This document shows, piece by piece, positions 1 to 9,732 of a stretch of 64,000 bases of DNA (position 1 is its first letter; each line of letters opens with the position of its first letter). A program made the position numbers and the translations under genes. This stretch comes from an uncultured Clostridia bacterium (GTDB lineage: Bacteria > Bacillota > Clostridia > TANB77 > CAG-508), in assembly GCA_947629045.1 (NCBI GenBank), contig CANRCF010000034.1, forward strand, positions 1 to 64,000, given 5' to 3'. Below the pieces are notes generated by a model that ran no database searches, was not told the DNA's origin, and worked only from the letters and a program-made list of their open reading frames with translations.

Positions 1-2
1 TT

Positions 3-911
3 TTATATTATTAAAGCTAATACTAATATTCCAATATTATCATTATAAATTTCTTGAAACTGTGAAATCGGAAGTGGATTTTCTCCAAAACCCGCTTCAA
101 TAGTATAACTTGGTTTATTATAATTTTGAATAAACCAATCTTTATACCCTGCAAAACTTGAATTATATGGTACTTCTGTAAGTAGGTAACCTGATGCTTT
201 TGCAAAAGCTTCTCCTATTTCTTTTGCTCCTTGTGGCTCATAATTTAAAAATTGCCAGTAAATTTCCTTTCCTTGTGTATGATATGAAATTGTTAGTTCA
301 AATTTATGTGTTAATGTAAAGTTATAAAGTGCTATTGCTTCTCTTTGAGTCAATGGTCCTGCTCCTACAAAATCTCTGGGTCCTGGCTTTGTAAATCCTT
401 GTGAAAATTTGATGTTTCTAGCATTTCTCCACCCTGCTGGAAATTGCAAATTTAAATCCACACCATTAAAATTTGCTTTCCAACCATTTGGAAATGCGAT
501 GCTCGGATAGAACTTAGATAAGTATACATAATTTTGATATGTGCTACTATTTTTATCTATATTTCCTGTTACTAAATCTACCCCATCAGGATTTACCATT
601 GGAATAATATATAGTGAAGCCTTATTAAATAAATTTTGAGCTGAATAACCATAAATATTAGAATTACTAATATATGCTCTACAAAAGTTTTCTATAAACT
701 TCATAAGTAGAACCGAGGTTATCCACTCGTTTGCGTGTATTGAGCCATGGTATAATACTTGCCTTTCTCCCCTCCCTATCTTTATGTATGGAATTTCCTT
801 TCCTAATATACTATATCCAATAATTCCAATTTCTAAAAATGGATACAGCATTTTTAATTCATCAACATTTTTTCTAAAAATGTCATAATTATAATTTATA
901 TTTGTAGGCAC
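3..911 (-). CDS. M14-family zinc carboxypeptidase, gamma-D-glutamyl-L-diamino acid endopeptidase I-like. The C-terminus runs off the window edge.
   Basis: HGSIHANEW (HxxE zinc ligands) and NPDG motifs typical of M14 peptidases. The ORF reaches position 3 without a stop. Confidence 0.6.
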   Translation of the reverse strand: MPTNINYNYDIFRKNVDELKMLYPFLEIGIIGYSILGKEIPYIKIGRGERQVLYHGSIHANEWITSVLLMKFIENFCRAYISNSNIYGYSAQNLFNKASLYIIPMVNPDGVDLVTGNIDKNSSTYQNYVYLSKFYPSIAFPNGWKANFNGVDLNLQFPAGWRNARNIKFSQGFTKPGPRDFVGAGPLTQREAIALYNFTLTHKFELTISYHTQGKEIYWQFLNYEPQGAKEIGEAFAKASGYLLTEVPYNSSFAGYKDWFIQNYNKPSYTIEAGFGENPLPISQFQEIYNDNIGILVLALII

Positions 912-1067
912 AATGTCTACAATATTTCTCCTGTTTCTAATAAAAATACACCCCTCTCTTACTTTTTATTATTAATACTTTATAATATGAAATATATTTA
1001 ATTATTGATAATTGTTTATTTTTATGTTAGTATAACTAATAGAAAATAAGTAATAAGAGGTAATCTT

Positions 1068-1802
1068 ATGAGTAGAAAAAGACGTAAAAAGCAAAATATC
1101 TACAATGAAATATTAGGTTCAATTGCAATAATCTGTATTATTATTTTTTGTTATCTTACTGGTAACTTTGAAATTTTTGGTCAAGATAATGAAACTACTA
1201 CCTTTGATTTATCTACCATTCCAGAATATTCTGGAAATCCTTATGTCGAAATAAATAATAATATTCCATATTTTACAGAAGAAGATTATACCACAGAGCC
1301 TTTTGAAAATTATAATGACTTAGGAAACGGAAAGGCAGGTGTAGCTTATGCGAATATTTGCAAAGAACTTATGCCAAAGGATGGAGAAGAACGTGGTGAA
1401 ATAGGCAATGTTAAAGACCTTTCTGGCTGGGTTCAAAAAAGGTATGATGATTTAATTAAAGATAAATATTTGTATAATCGTTGTCATTTGATTGGCTGGC
1501 AACTTGCTGGTGAAAATGCAAACAGGAATAATCTAATTACAGGTACAAGATATTTAAATACAGAGGGTATGTTACCATTTGAAAATGAAGTAGCTGAATA
1601 TATACATAAAAATGAAAACAACCATGTTTTATATCGAGTAACCCCTATTTTTGAGGGTAATAACCTTTTGGCAAGTGGAGTTCAAATGGAGGCTTGGTCA
1701 GTTGAAGATTCTGGCAAAGGTGTTCACTTTAATGTTTATTGTTATAATGTTCAACCCGGAATAGTTATTGATTATTCTACTGGTGATAGCCACGCAAAAT
1801 AA
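1068..1802 (+). CDS. Membrane-anchored DNA/RNA non-specific endonuclease (EndA/NucA family)
   Basis: N-terminal TM helix. NRCHLIGWQLAGENANRNNLITGT matches the DRGH-type catalytic motif of EndA/NucA nucleases. RBS present. Confidence 0.7.
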   Translation: MSRKRRKKQNIYNEILGSIAIICIIIFCYLTGNFEIFGQDNETTTFDLSTIPEYSGNPYVEINNNIPYFTEEDYTTEPFENYNDLGNGKAGVAYANICKELMPKDGEERGEIGNVKDLSGWVQKRYDDLIKDKYLYNRCHLIGWQLAGENANRNNLITGTRYLNTEGMLPFENEVAEYIHKNENNHVLYRVTPIFEGNNLLASGVQMEAWSVEDSGKGVHFNVYCYNVQPGIVIDYSTGDSHAK

Positions 1803-1826
1803 GAAAAATAAAGGAGTGATTATTTA

Positions 1827-2549
1827 TTGAATTTAGATATAATAAATGACTTATTTAATAATTTAAAAGAGAATAAATTTGTGCAGAATTTTATAAAAGA
1901 ATTATCAAATTATTTTGAAAAAAATAACAAAAATAATTTAAACTTTGAAAATAAAGGAATACCAATAATTGAGGAAATATTATCTAAAAACAATTTTACA
2001 ACAGCAAATCAAAATTCTATAAGATGGAATTTAAATGACGTTATATCAAAATATGAGCAAAAACATTCAAGCAATGATGCCTTATACTTTATAAAAGAGG
2101 AAAATAGTAATTCTTATAATGTATTAAAAGCAGAAAATGGCAAAATAGAAGAAACAGAAATAAATAAAAAAGATATGCCAAATGAAGTAAAAATAAATGA
2201 CGTTTTAAAAATTAAAGATAATAAATATGTAATTGATAATATTTCTACTAAGGAATTGCAAGAAGATATAAAAAATATGGCAAAAGACATACTAGATAAA
2301 CAGAACATAAACTTAGATAAACATAGAAAAGACGGGCATTTATATATGGTAACCGAAGAATTAGGAAACAATAGATTTTTATGGGATTTAACAGATGCAC
2401 CTAAAACTGAATTTGAGGAGCCTAATATTCCAAACGATTTATTAAGTAAAGCGACAGAAGGAATTGTGCTTAAATATACTAATGGGAAATATGAATACTA
2501 TTCAGATGATGGATTTGAGAGGGCCGAAAAAATACATTCTAAATCTTAA
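1827..2549 (+). CDS. Hypothetical protein immediately downstream of the nuclease, possibly a nuclease-associated or immunity protein
   Basis: TTG start with a good SD (AAAGGAG) 25 nt after the nuclease stop. No recognisable motifs. Confidence 0.4.
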   Translation: MNLDIINDLFNNLKENKFVQNFIKELSNYFEKNNKNNLNFENKGIPIIEEILSKNNFTTANQNSIRWNLNDVISKYEQKHSSNDALYFIKEENSNSYNVLKAENGKIEETEINKKDMPNEVKINDVLKIKDNKYVIDNISTKELQEDIKNMAKDILDKQNINLDKHRKDGHLYMVTEELGNNRFLWDLTDAPKTEFEEPNIPNDLLSKATEGIVLKYTNGKYEYYSDDGFERAEKIHSKS

Positions 2550-2564
2550 TATTCGCAATAAAGA

Positions 2565-2604
2565 ATACACCGTATTTACAATTGTAAATACGGTGTATCT
2601 TTTA
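2565..2604. terminator. Bidirectional intrinsic terminator hairpin
   Basis: Perfect roughly 16-bp inverted repeat ATACACCGTATTTACA/TGTAAATACGGTGTAT followed by CTTTTAC. It sits between convergent genes. Confidence 0.55.
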
Positions 2605-2605
2605 C

Positions 2606-2992
2606 TTACAGAAAAATGCCAATAAAATGCCAAAATTTAGCATACAGCCATTCAAGTCCAACCATAAGACAATCCACAAGGCGGTAAAGAGAAGGTAATT
2701 CCTCACGCAGTTCCGGCACAAAGTGTGCTAAAACTGTAAAAGCTATCGCACCGACAAAAATTCGGGCTATTAACTTTATTACGAGATGTATATACCTCCA
2801 AACTTTCCTCCAATTGACTATCGGTCTGCTTAGTGTTTTGCTTACAGGCGTTCCGATTTCACGTCCCATAGTCATTGAATGAGGAATTGATATGTCTGTT
2901 GACATACTTCCTGTTGCTGTTACAGGAGTCCCACATATTGATGTCCATACCTTCTGAAGTGATGCCTTAACCTTGCTGATGAAATTTGCCAT
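2606..2992 (-). CDS. Small hypothetical protein with a C-terminal TM segment, in a GC-atypical (about 40% GC) segment
   Basis: GGAGGAA SD 7 nt before the second ATG. No known motifs. Composition differs sharply from the flanks. Confidence 0.4.
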   Translation of the reverse strand: MANFISKVKASLQKVWTSICGTPVTATGSMSTDISIPHSMTMGREIGTPVSKTLSRPIVNWRKVWRYIHLVIKLIARIFVGAIAFTVLAHFVPELREELPSLYRLVDCLMVGLEWLYAKFWHFIGIFL

Positions 2993-3138
2993 TAGATGTT
3001 CCTCCATTTAATTTTGTGTTAGTAATAAAATTACTTATGTATATTATACCATATTTTACGCACTATATCAAATCGTTGTTCCATCTATATCTTCGAGAAG
3101 GTCTATTTTAATTATTAATATAGAAACTAAATTTATTT

Positions 3139-4473
3139 CTAATTTACCCATTCAAAAGAATCAGCAATTTTACTTACTGTTTTTTGTAGTTCTGCATCAT
3201 CATCTAAATTAAAACTATATGCATCTATGCTAGCAAGTAAATTACCATTCACCATATAATAAATATACTCTACTTGAGCAGGGTTTTCATTAAATACAAT
3301 TTTTATTTTTAAGCAATCATAACCTTTACTTGATTTTACTATTTCATCTTCATAAATTGATGGCTTCTCTTCTGATGACTCAATAGATTCTTGCATTGTG
3401 TCTTTGATATCCTGTATTGTTTTAAATTTTGAATCATCTATTTCATTATAACCTACATTAAGATATGCAGGATATTTTGAATAATCCCCTTCTTCAATTT
3501 CTTCATCTACTTTTGGCTCAGGTGTGTTTATGTAATTAGTATAACTCCATCCTGATTGATAATAATTCGTAAATTCTTCCCAATTTTTACTTACTTCAAA
3601 ACTTACTACTTCATCTGAAACTTGAACTGGCTTCATGTTTTCATATTGTACATAAGCAAAGTTTCCAACTATTACTAATACAAAAATTATGGCTACTACT
3701 ATAGTTATAATTTTAGATTTTTTCTTCCTTTTTTCTAAAGTTTGCTTACCTTCTGCTTCTTGTGAATAATAAAATCTACCTTTTGATTTTTTTACAATTC
3801 CTAAAGATTTTAAATATGATAATGCTTCTTTTACTTCTGGTTTTTCATTAATTTCTGCATTTAAATCATCTTTTAATATTCCATTTTCTTTTTCAACTGC
3901 ATTATATTTTTCAAAAATAGGTTTTACCTTCTCTATTGCTGAATTTTTAGCTTTTTCTATTTCTTCTGCATTTCCTAAATCAATATTTTCTGTTTGACCA
4001 TTTTTCATTTTTCTCTTAATATTGGCAGTAATTGCACTAGCTCCAAGTAATGTAAATACTACTGATATTAATCCATCTCGTGTTATTCCATCTATAAATT
4101 CAGAATCTGAATATAAAAGCTTCATTGTATCCATACTTACTGTAAGTCCATTATTATGTAATAAAATAGCTGGTATTACAACAAAAGTAGTCAATGCAAC
4201 AATTAATACTGATAGTATCATTATAATTGCAGGCAATGCTTTAGTCATCTTTCCTCTGAATAGTTTGTAACCATAAAATTCACCTGCAGCGATGATTATT
4301 GCTAATGCAGATAACATCATATTTCCATACACATACATTAGTACCCAAGGAACTGTTGCAATTAATCCGCCAATTATTGCACCTATAATTCCTGTAATAT
4401 AACTGCCTTTAACCTTCTTTTTTTCTTCTTTTGTTTTAATAAATTCATTAGAATTGTTTTCTTGATCTTCCAT
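3139..4473 (-). CDS. Hypothetical polytopic membrane protein
   Basis: Several hydrophobic helices at the N-terminus and centre. AAAGGGG SD before the second ATG. Confidence 0.45.
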   Translation of the reverse strand: MEDQENNSNEFIKTKEEKKKVKGSYITGIIGAIIGGLIATVPWVLMYVYGNMMLSALAIIIAAGEFYGYKLFRGKMTKALPAIIMILSVLIVALTTFVVIPAILLHNNGLTVSMDTMKLLYSDSEFIDGITRDGLISVVFTLLGASAITANIKRKMKNGQTENIDLGNAEEIEKAKNSAIEKVKPIFEKYNAVEKENGILKDDLNAEINEKPEVKEALSYLKSLGIVKKSKGRFYYSQEAEGKQTLEKRKKKSKIITIVVAIIFVLVIVGNFAYVQYENMKPVQVSDEVVSFEVSKNWEEFTNYYQSGWSYTNYINTPEPKVDEEIEEGDYSKYPAYLNVGYNEIDDSKFKTIQDIKDTMQESIESSEEKPSIYEDEIVKSSKGYDCLKIKIVFNENPAQVEYIYYMVNGNLLASIDAYSFNLDDDAELQKTVSKIADSFEWVN

Positions 4474-4643
4474 TTTTTCCCCTTTCATATATTTATAATT
4501 TGTTATGCCATCATTATATCATATGTTTTTACATTGTGCTATATTTTTTTATTGATTACGTTAAATATCAAATTTATTCACTTGAAGCAATTTTTGTTTC
4601 TGGGTATTTGTAAAATTAAATAATTTATAATAAAATATTTAAT

Positions 4644-4690
4644 AAAAAAATAGCAAGTATTTTATTACTTGCTATTTCTATTTTTCTAGC
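4644..4690 (-). terminator. Intrinsic terminator downstream of tRNA-Pro
   Basis: Hairpin ATAGCAAGTA-TTTTA-TACTTGCTAT, with a T-run on the minus strand. Confidence 0.5.
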
Positions 4691-4700
4691 CTTTTAAAGC

Positions 4701-4777
4701 TGGTCGAGGCGACAGGGATCGAACCTGCGACCTCATGGTCCCAAACCACGCGCGCTACCAACTGCGCTACGCCTCGA
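4701..4777 (-). tRNA. tRNA-Pro (anticodon TGG)
   Basis: Reverse complement gives a cloverleaf with acceptor TCGAGGC/GCCTCGA, GTTCGATCC T-loop, anticodon loop TTTGGGA and encoded CCA. Confidence 0.85.
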
Positions 4778-4884
4778 TTTTTTAGGTACTTATATACTAT
4801 AACATATTTTTTCTTACTTTGCAAGATTTTTTTGAAATTTTCCATTGAATATTTTTAATGTTCATGCTATAATATTTATGCTAT

Positions 4885-4961
<77 letters not shown>

Positions 4962-4964
4962 AGT

Positions 4965-5010
4965 AGAAAGAGCTTTTGTATTTTATCGCAAAAGCTTTTA
5001 TTCTACTTTT
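4965..5010. terminator. Bidirectional terminator
   Basis: Inverted repeat AGAGCTTTTG...CAAAAGCTTTT plus outer GTAGAA/TTCTAC, flanked by T-runs. It sits between tRNA-Arg (+) and the Rieske gene (-). Confidence 0.5.
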
Positions 5011-5016
5011 AATTAA

Positions 5017-6592
5017 CTATTCTATCTCCACTTTTTCCAACTCATAAATGCTAGGTGCATAAATTGATTTACCTGTATAATCAAACCTTGAACCATGGCA
5101 TGGGCAATCCCATGTTTTTTCTAGGTTATTCCATGTTAGTTCACAGCCTAAATGTGTGCATACTAGCTTAACTGCATATAATTTTCCTTCAGACTCTTTA
5201 AAAATTCCTATCTTTTTTCCATCTACTTCTACCACTCTTGCATCTCCCACTTTTATTTCTTTTATGGTAGCTTCTGGAACTTTAAATTTTTCAATAACTA
5301 ATGATTTTACTACTTCCTTTATCATGTTTCCCATTTCTTGATAGTTTTTAATTGGTTTTAATCTCGTAGCAGTAAATACTTCTTCATCGGCATTTACTTT
5401 CCCTAAAATTTTGTCTACTATAATATTTGCAGCTATATTTGAAGTTGTCATTCCCCATTTTTTATAACCAGTTCCAACATAAACATTTGGCATTAAGCTT
5501 GAAAATTCTCCTATATATGGAATTTTATCTAGTGAAATACAGTCCTCTGTACACCATTTATATTTGATTTTGCTATCTGGATAAATTTGTTTTGCTATTT
5601 CTAAAAGTTTATTATATTTATCAGACATATCATCTTTTTCACCTGTTTTATGGTCCAAACCTGCAACAATTAGTAAGTATTTATCTCCATCTTTTGTCAT
5701 TCTAAAAGACATTGTTGGTAATTCACTATTTATATACATTCCTTTAAATAATTCATTTGGAACTTCTACTGCAATAACATATGACATAGACTGATACATT
5801 TTTAAAAAGTAATATCCCGGGAAGTTTATAATTGGATAATGTGTTGCAATTACAACATACTTTGCTTTTACTTTATTACCACTTTCTGTTATAACCTCAT
5901 ATTCGTCATTTTCTTTTTTTATGTCTACTGCTTTTGTGTTTTCAAAAATCTTGACACTTCCATGATTCTTGCCATTTTCAACAAATTCTGTATCATCCTT
6001 TTTATTTTCAGAAACTTCTGTATTATTACTTCGCATTGAATTTACCAAACCTTCTGCATATTTGCAAGGGTTAAATTGTGCTTGATTTTTGAATTTTATT
6101 GCACCTAAGATTGAAAGTGGAAGTTCTATTTCTTCTACAAATTCTGCATCTAGACCTAAACTATTTACCGCTTCTACCTCTTTTTTTATTTTAGGAATTT
6201 CTTGCTCTTCCTGCGTAAATACATAAGCATCTTGTTTTTCAAATTCACAGTCTATTTGTTCTTCTTTTATAATTTCCTCTATATTTTTAATTGCTTTCTC
6301 ATTTGCTTCTAAATATTGTTTTGCTTTTTCCTTTCCCTGTGAATTTAAAAGATAATCATAAAAAAGCCCATGCTGACTTGTTATTTTAGCAGTTGAATTT
6401 CCGAGTAGTATGTGTACATAATTCTGCTTTTTCTAATAATACTACTCTTAAATTTGTTTTTGATAGATAATATGCTGTTGAAAGTCCTGTAAGTCCTCCA
6501 CCAATAATACATACATCTGCTTCTTCATCTTTTTTTAAGCTTTCAAATTTTTGTTTTTCTTCTTTTACACTATTTATCCAATATGACGCCAT
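5017..6592 (-). pseudogene. FAD-dependent oxidoreductase with a C-terminal Rieske [2Fe-2S] domain (YhfW-like), interrupted by a +1 frameshift near 6403
   Basis: The N-terminal ORF (6386..6592) carries the GxGxxG FAD fold (CIIGGGLTGL). The downstream frame reads open from 6432 with DAO-family sequence (STAKITSQHGLFYDYLL...FNPCKYAEGL) and Rieske CTHLGC...CPCHGS. The two frames overlap at 6386..6432. Confidence 0.65.
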
Positions 6593-6752
6593 TTTTATCC
6601 TCTTTTCTATTTTACATAATTTAATTATGTAAAAATTTCCTTAGATTTCTATTAAATCGTTTTTTAATACATATTGAAATATGTAATTTTGTAATTATTT
6701 ATAAAGAATTATTTTTTATTTTTAATTTTCAATTAAATTAAAAAGTTGCATT

Positions 6753-6792
6753 TTAAAATGCTAATGAAAGTATTCCCTTCATTAGCATTTTT
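6753..6792. terminator. Intrinsic terminator hairpin
   Basis: Perfect 13-bp inverted repeat AAATGCTAATGAA/TTCATTAGCATTT with a 9-nt loop, then TTTATAC. Confidence 0.5.
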
Positions 6793-6802
6793 ATACAAGT
6801 AT

Positions 6803-7243
6803 TTATTTTGCTAATTTAATCTCATTATCTATATAAATTTTATATTTCTTTATTATAAAGCATGAAACAAATATTAAAAATATAGATAAGCTTAATAAAA
6901 AATTTTTTAAACTAAAGTCTTTTTCTGAAATTTTTGATATTAAATTTGTTCCAATTATTTGTTCATAATCTATAGTCGTTCTCTTTATTCCTTTATTTCC
7001 TTTATATATTATATCTATTTTAATATCCTCTATTTGATGATAATATTTATCTTTCATTAGAAATATTATGCCTTCGCAATTTATTTCTGGGCATCTACTA
7101 ATTAAAATATCCTTTACTTCATTATCACAAAAAACAATATTTTTTCTTACAAGGATTAAAAAGCTAAATATCATATAAATTAAAATTATTATAAATACTA
7201 TAATAAGTAAAATTCTATTTAATATAATCCTATTTCTCCTCAT
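6803..7243 (-). CDS. Hypothetical membrane protein, third gene of the HTH-DUF2975 operon
   Basis: Hydrophobic N-terminal segments. Its ATG overlaps the upstream TGA stop (ATGA). Confidence 0.4.
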   Translation of the reverse strand: MRRNRIILNRILLIIVFIIILIYMIFSFLILVRKNIVFCDNEVKDILISRCPEINCEGIIFLMKDKYYHQIEDIKIDIIYKGNKGIKRTTIDYEQIIGTNLISKISEKDFSLKNFLLSLSIFLIFVSCFIIKKYKIYIDNEIKLAK

Positions 7244-7443
7244 CTCTCCATTCCAAAATATCTCCGTGGTTGACAATTTAGTACTTTACAGATTGCATCT
7301 AATGTAGAAAAACGAATTGCTTTTCCCTTATTAGTTTTCAAAATAGATAAATTCGCCATAGAAATTCCTATCTTTTCAGAAAGCTCTGAAGAAGATATTT
7401 TTCTTTTTGCCATCATCACATCTAAATTCACAATAATAGCCAT
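7240..7443 (-). CDS. Small XRE/Cro-type HTH transcriptional regulator (YozG-like)
   Basis: About 67 aa with an HTH signature (SSELSEKIGISMANLSILKTNKGKAIRFSTLDAICKVL) typical of the YozG family. It follows a DUF2975 membrane gene. Confidence 0.7.
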   Translation of the reverse strand: MAIIVNLDVMMAKRKISSSELSEKIGISMANLSILKTNKGKAIRFSTLDAICKVLNCQPRRYFGMER

Positions 7444-7461
7444 CTTCCTCACCCTTTCTTT

Positions 7462-7917
7462 TTAAATAGTTAATTCATTTTCTTCTTTATATTGAATTGC
7501 CTCTTTTAATAATTCTGATAAAATATATGCACCAAGCCATGCCACTGCAAATATTCCTATTATAACTACTGCAAAAACTGATGTGATAAAGAAAATTCCT
7601 ATAATAAACTCTATCATAATTATTAGTGAGCAAATTGAAATTATTTTTAAGTTTTGTACATTCTCTATTTTAAATGGATCTCCTTCTCCTAATGTATGGA
7701 ATATTTTTATAAATCTATATACTATTATAAGTGCTGGGACACCTGCTGCGTATAGTATTGCAAGTGCTGGATAGTAATTAATTTGTGGATGCATCCATTC
7801 TGAATATTTCTGTAATATGTATGGAAGTCCTAATACTACAATAATTCCAATAACAAATAATAATTTTAAGCATAATTCAATAAATGTACTTAAGCTTTTC
7901 TCCCCTTTTACTTTCAT
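7462..7917 (-). CDS. DUF2975-like membrane protein
   Basis: Four TM helices, a GDPF motif, and the conserved pairing with a YozG-like HTH regulator. Confidence 0.5.
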   Translation of the reverse strand: MKVKGEKSLSTFIELCLKLLFVIGIIVVLGLPYILQKYSEWMHPQINYYPALAILYAAGVPALIIVYRFIKIFHTLGEGDPFKIENVQNLKIISICSLIIMIEFIIGIFFITSVFAVVIIGIFAVAWLGAYILSELLKEAIQYKEENELTI

Positions 7918-8016
7918 GTTTTTTCTCCCCTCTCATGATATGTTTATAATGTTTATTTGTGTAAAATATATTTTTATAAACACATTATTTATATTTTAAC
8001 ACCTTCAATTATGTTT

Positions 8017-9531
8017 TTAATATTGTCTTGTAAAATTTGGATTATAACTATTGTTTTCAAGTTTCATATCTTCTAATAATTTTCTAGCATTCCATCTTGA
8101 ATAATTCCATTGAGTGAAGCTATCTTCTTCTGATAATTTTTCCTTTAAGCCTTTAAAATATAATTCTAATTGATATTTTAATTTTACATCATCTGTTTTT
8201 TCATATAATTTTATTACTTCTTCTAATCCATCTTCTTTTGTTTGCATTAAATATACGACATCTAAGGAAACATTGTCAATATCATTTAAATATCTATTAA
8301 TATTTTGTTTAGCTATTATTTGCGATATATTGCTAAAATTCATTACTAAATACATTACTGTTACAATAATTAAGTATGATTTCCATGGCATGAAATTATC
8401 TTTTAAAATATAAATAATAGTTGGAATCATTAATATTCCTTCTGTTATTAATGCAAAGTAAACCAAAATTCTTAAAAATGTATATCCATATGCCTCACCA
8501 TATAAGTTCATTCTTAAAAATGCTGATATTAAAATTATAATTGTAGCAATAGCTAAAACTAAATTCATGAACTTTCTATAATAAATTTGATATTTTGTAC
8601 TTTGAATTGTATTTTTAGTTGTTACTACCATAATTATAAAGTTAATTATGGAAACTGCCATTAGTTGAAAAAATCCTTCTCTTGCATAATGCGCATATGA
8701 AAATGTTCCATTTTCCACTTGAAGTAAGCTTTTTACTTGTATTATACAAAACGCAATATATATAAAGTTAAGAACTGTTACTATTGTGTTTAGAATAATA
8801 GTTTCTATTTTAATTTGTATAGCTTTTTCTTCTTTGTTGCTCCATGGATTTTTCTTTAATAAGTTCATTATGAAGCTTATTAAATATATAGTTAAAACTA
8901 CTGTGATACTTACTCTCATGCAGATTTCAAGCCATACTCTTTTATCTAACATTTGATTAATTTTTTCTATTAATCCCCAAAATATACTGCCTATTCCATT
9001 TGCGAAATCAGCATCAGCAGATGCTAGTAGCATTGTAACTATTATAAGTAATGGTACAGATGCAACAATTCCTACTATAATTTGTTCAATCATTTTTTTA
9101 TTCTTTGACTCTAATTTATCTACGTTTTGCTTTACTGGAAATATCCTTCTTATAGCATGCAAAGCTTTAGAAAAATATATAAACGGCTTTGTAAAAAGTA
9201 TACAAATTCTTCTTATTACAAATTCTAGTTGATATTTTGCTTGCATTACATCAAGTAACATAATACCATATAAGATTAACATAACTAAAATATTTAATAC
9301 TTTAAAAAATGTATTTTGATAAATTGCATATGTAATTGAAAGTAGTATTATGGCTATTCCTACTAAATATCCTCTTCTGTTTTTTACTTTTTTATATTTT
9401 TCTAGTAAGTAAATTGTAAAGCACAAAAATGGTAACACAAATATTAACATTGATATACCTAATTTTTGACCAAAAAATAATATAGTAGCTAAAATACTAA
9501 ATAATAAACTTGCGATAACTGCAAATTTCAT
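8017..9531 (-). CDS. Large polytopic membrane protein (DUF4153/DUF4173-like)
   Basis: About 12 predicted TM helices. The YAREGFFQL motif recalls the DUF4153/4173 families. Confidence 0.45.
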   Translation of the reverse strand: MKFAVIASLLFSILATILFFGQKLGISMLIFVLPFLCFTIYLLEKYKKVKNRRGYLVGIAIILLSITYAIYQNTFFKVLNILVMLILYGIMLLDVMQAKYQLEFVIRRICILFTKPFIYFSKALHAIRRIFPVKQNVDKLESKNKKMIEQIIVGIVASVPLLIIVTMLLASADADFANGIGSIFWGLIEKINQMLDKRVWLEICMRVSITVVLTIYLISFIMNLLKKNPWSNKEEKAIQIKIETIILNTIVTVLNFIYIAFCIIQVKSLLQVENGTFSYAHYAREGFFQLMAVSIINFIIMVVTTKNTIQSTKYQIYYRKFMNLVLAIATIIILISAFLRMNLYGEAYGYTFLRILVYFALITEGILMIPTIIYILKDNFMPWKSYLIIVTVMYLVMNFSNISQIIAKQNINRYLNDIDNVSLDVVYLMQTKEDGLEEVIKLYEKTDDVKLKYQLELYFKGLKEKLSEEDSFTQWNYSRWNARKLLEDMKLENNSYNPNFTRQY

Positions 9532-9732
9532 TTCGAATTCCCTCTTTCTAAATAGTTATATATTTAGAATCTCGCGCGAGTTCCTTCTAACTGTATTTTA
9601 TATTACTATATTATTTTATGTTTGTCAATACTTTTTTATCGTTTTTCAATAAATTTATTTTTTATTTATATTTTTTCACCTCTTATTTTCTTTTTATTAG
9701 TAATATTTATGGGCAAAATTCTTTGCATAAAT

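Noticed and set aside
2606-3007. Considered whether the GC-rich segment is an RNase P RNA, tmRNA or other housekeeping ncRNA
   Set aside because: No tmRNA tag-peptide reading frame and no conserved RNase P P4 motifs. A good SD plus ATG and an uninterrupted 128-codon frame favour a protein gene.
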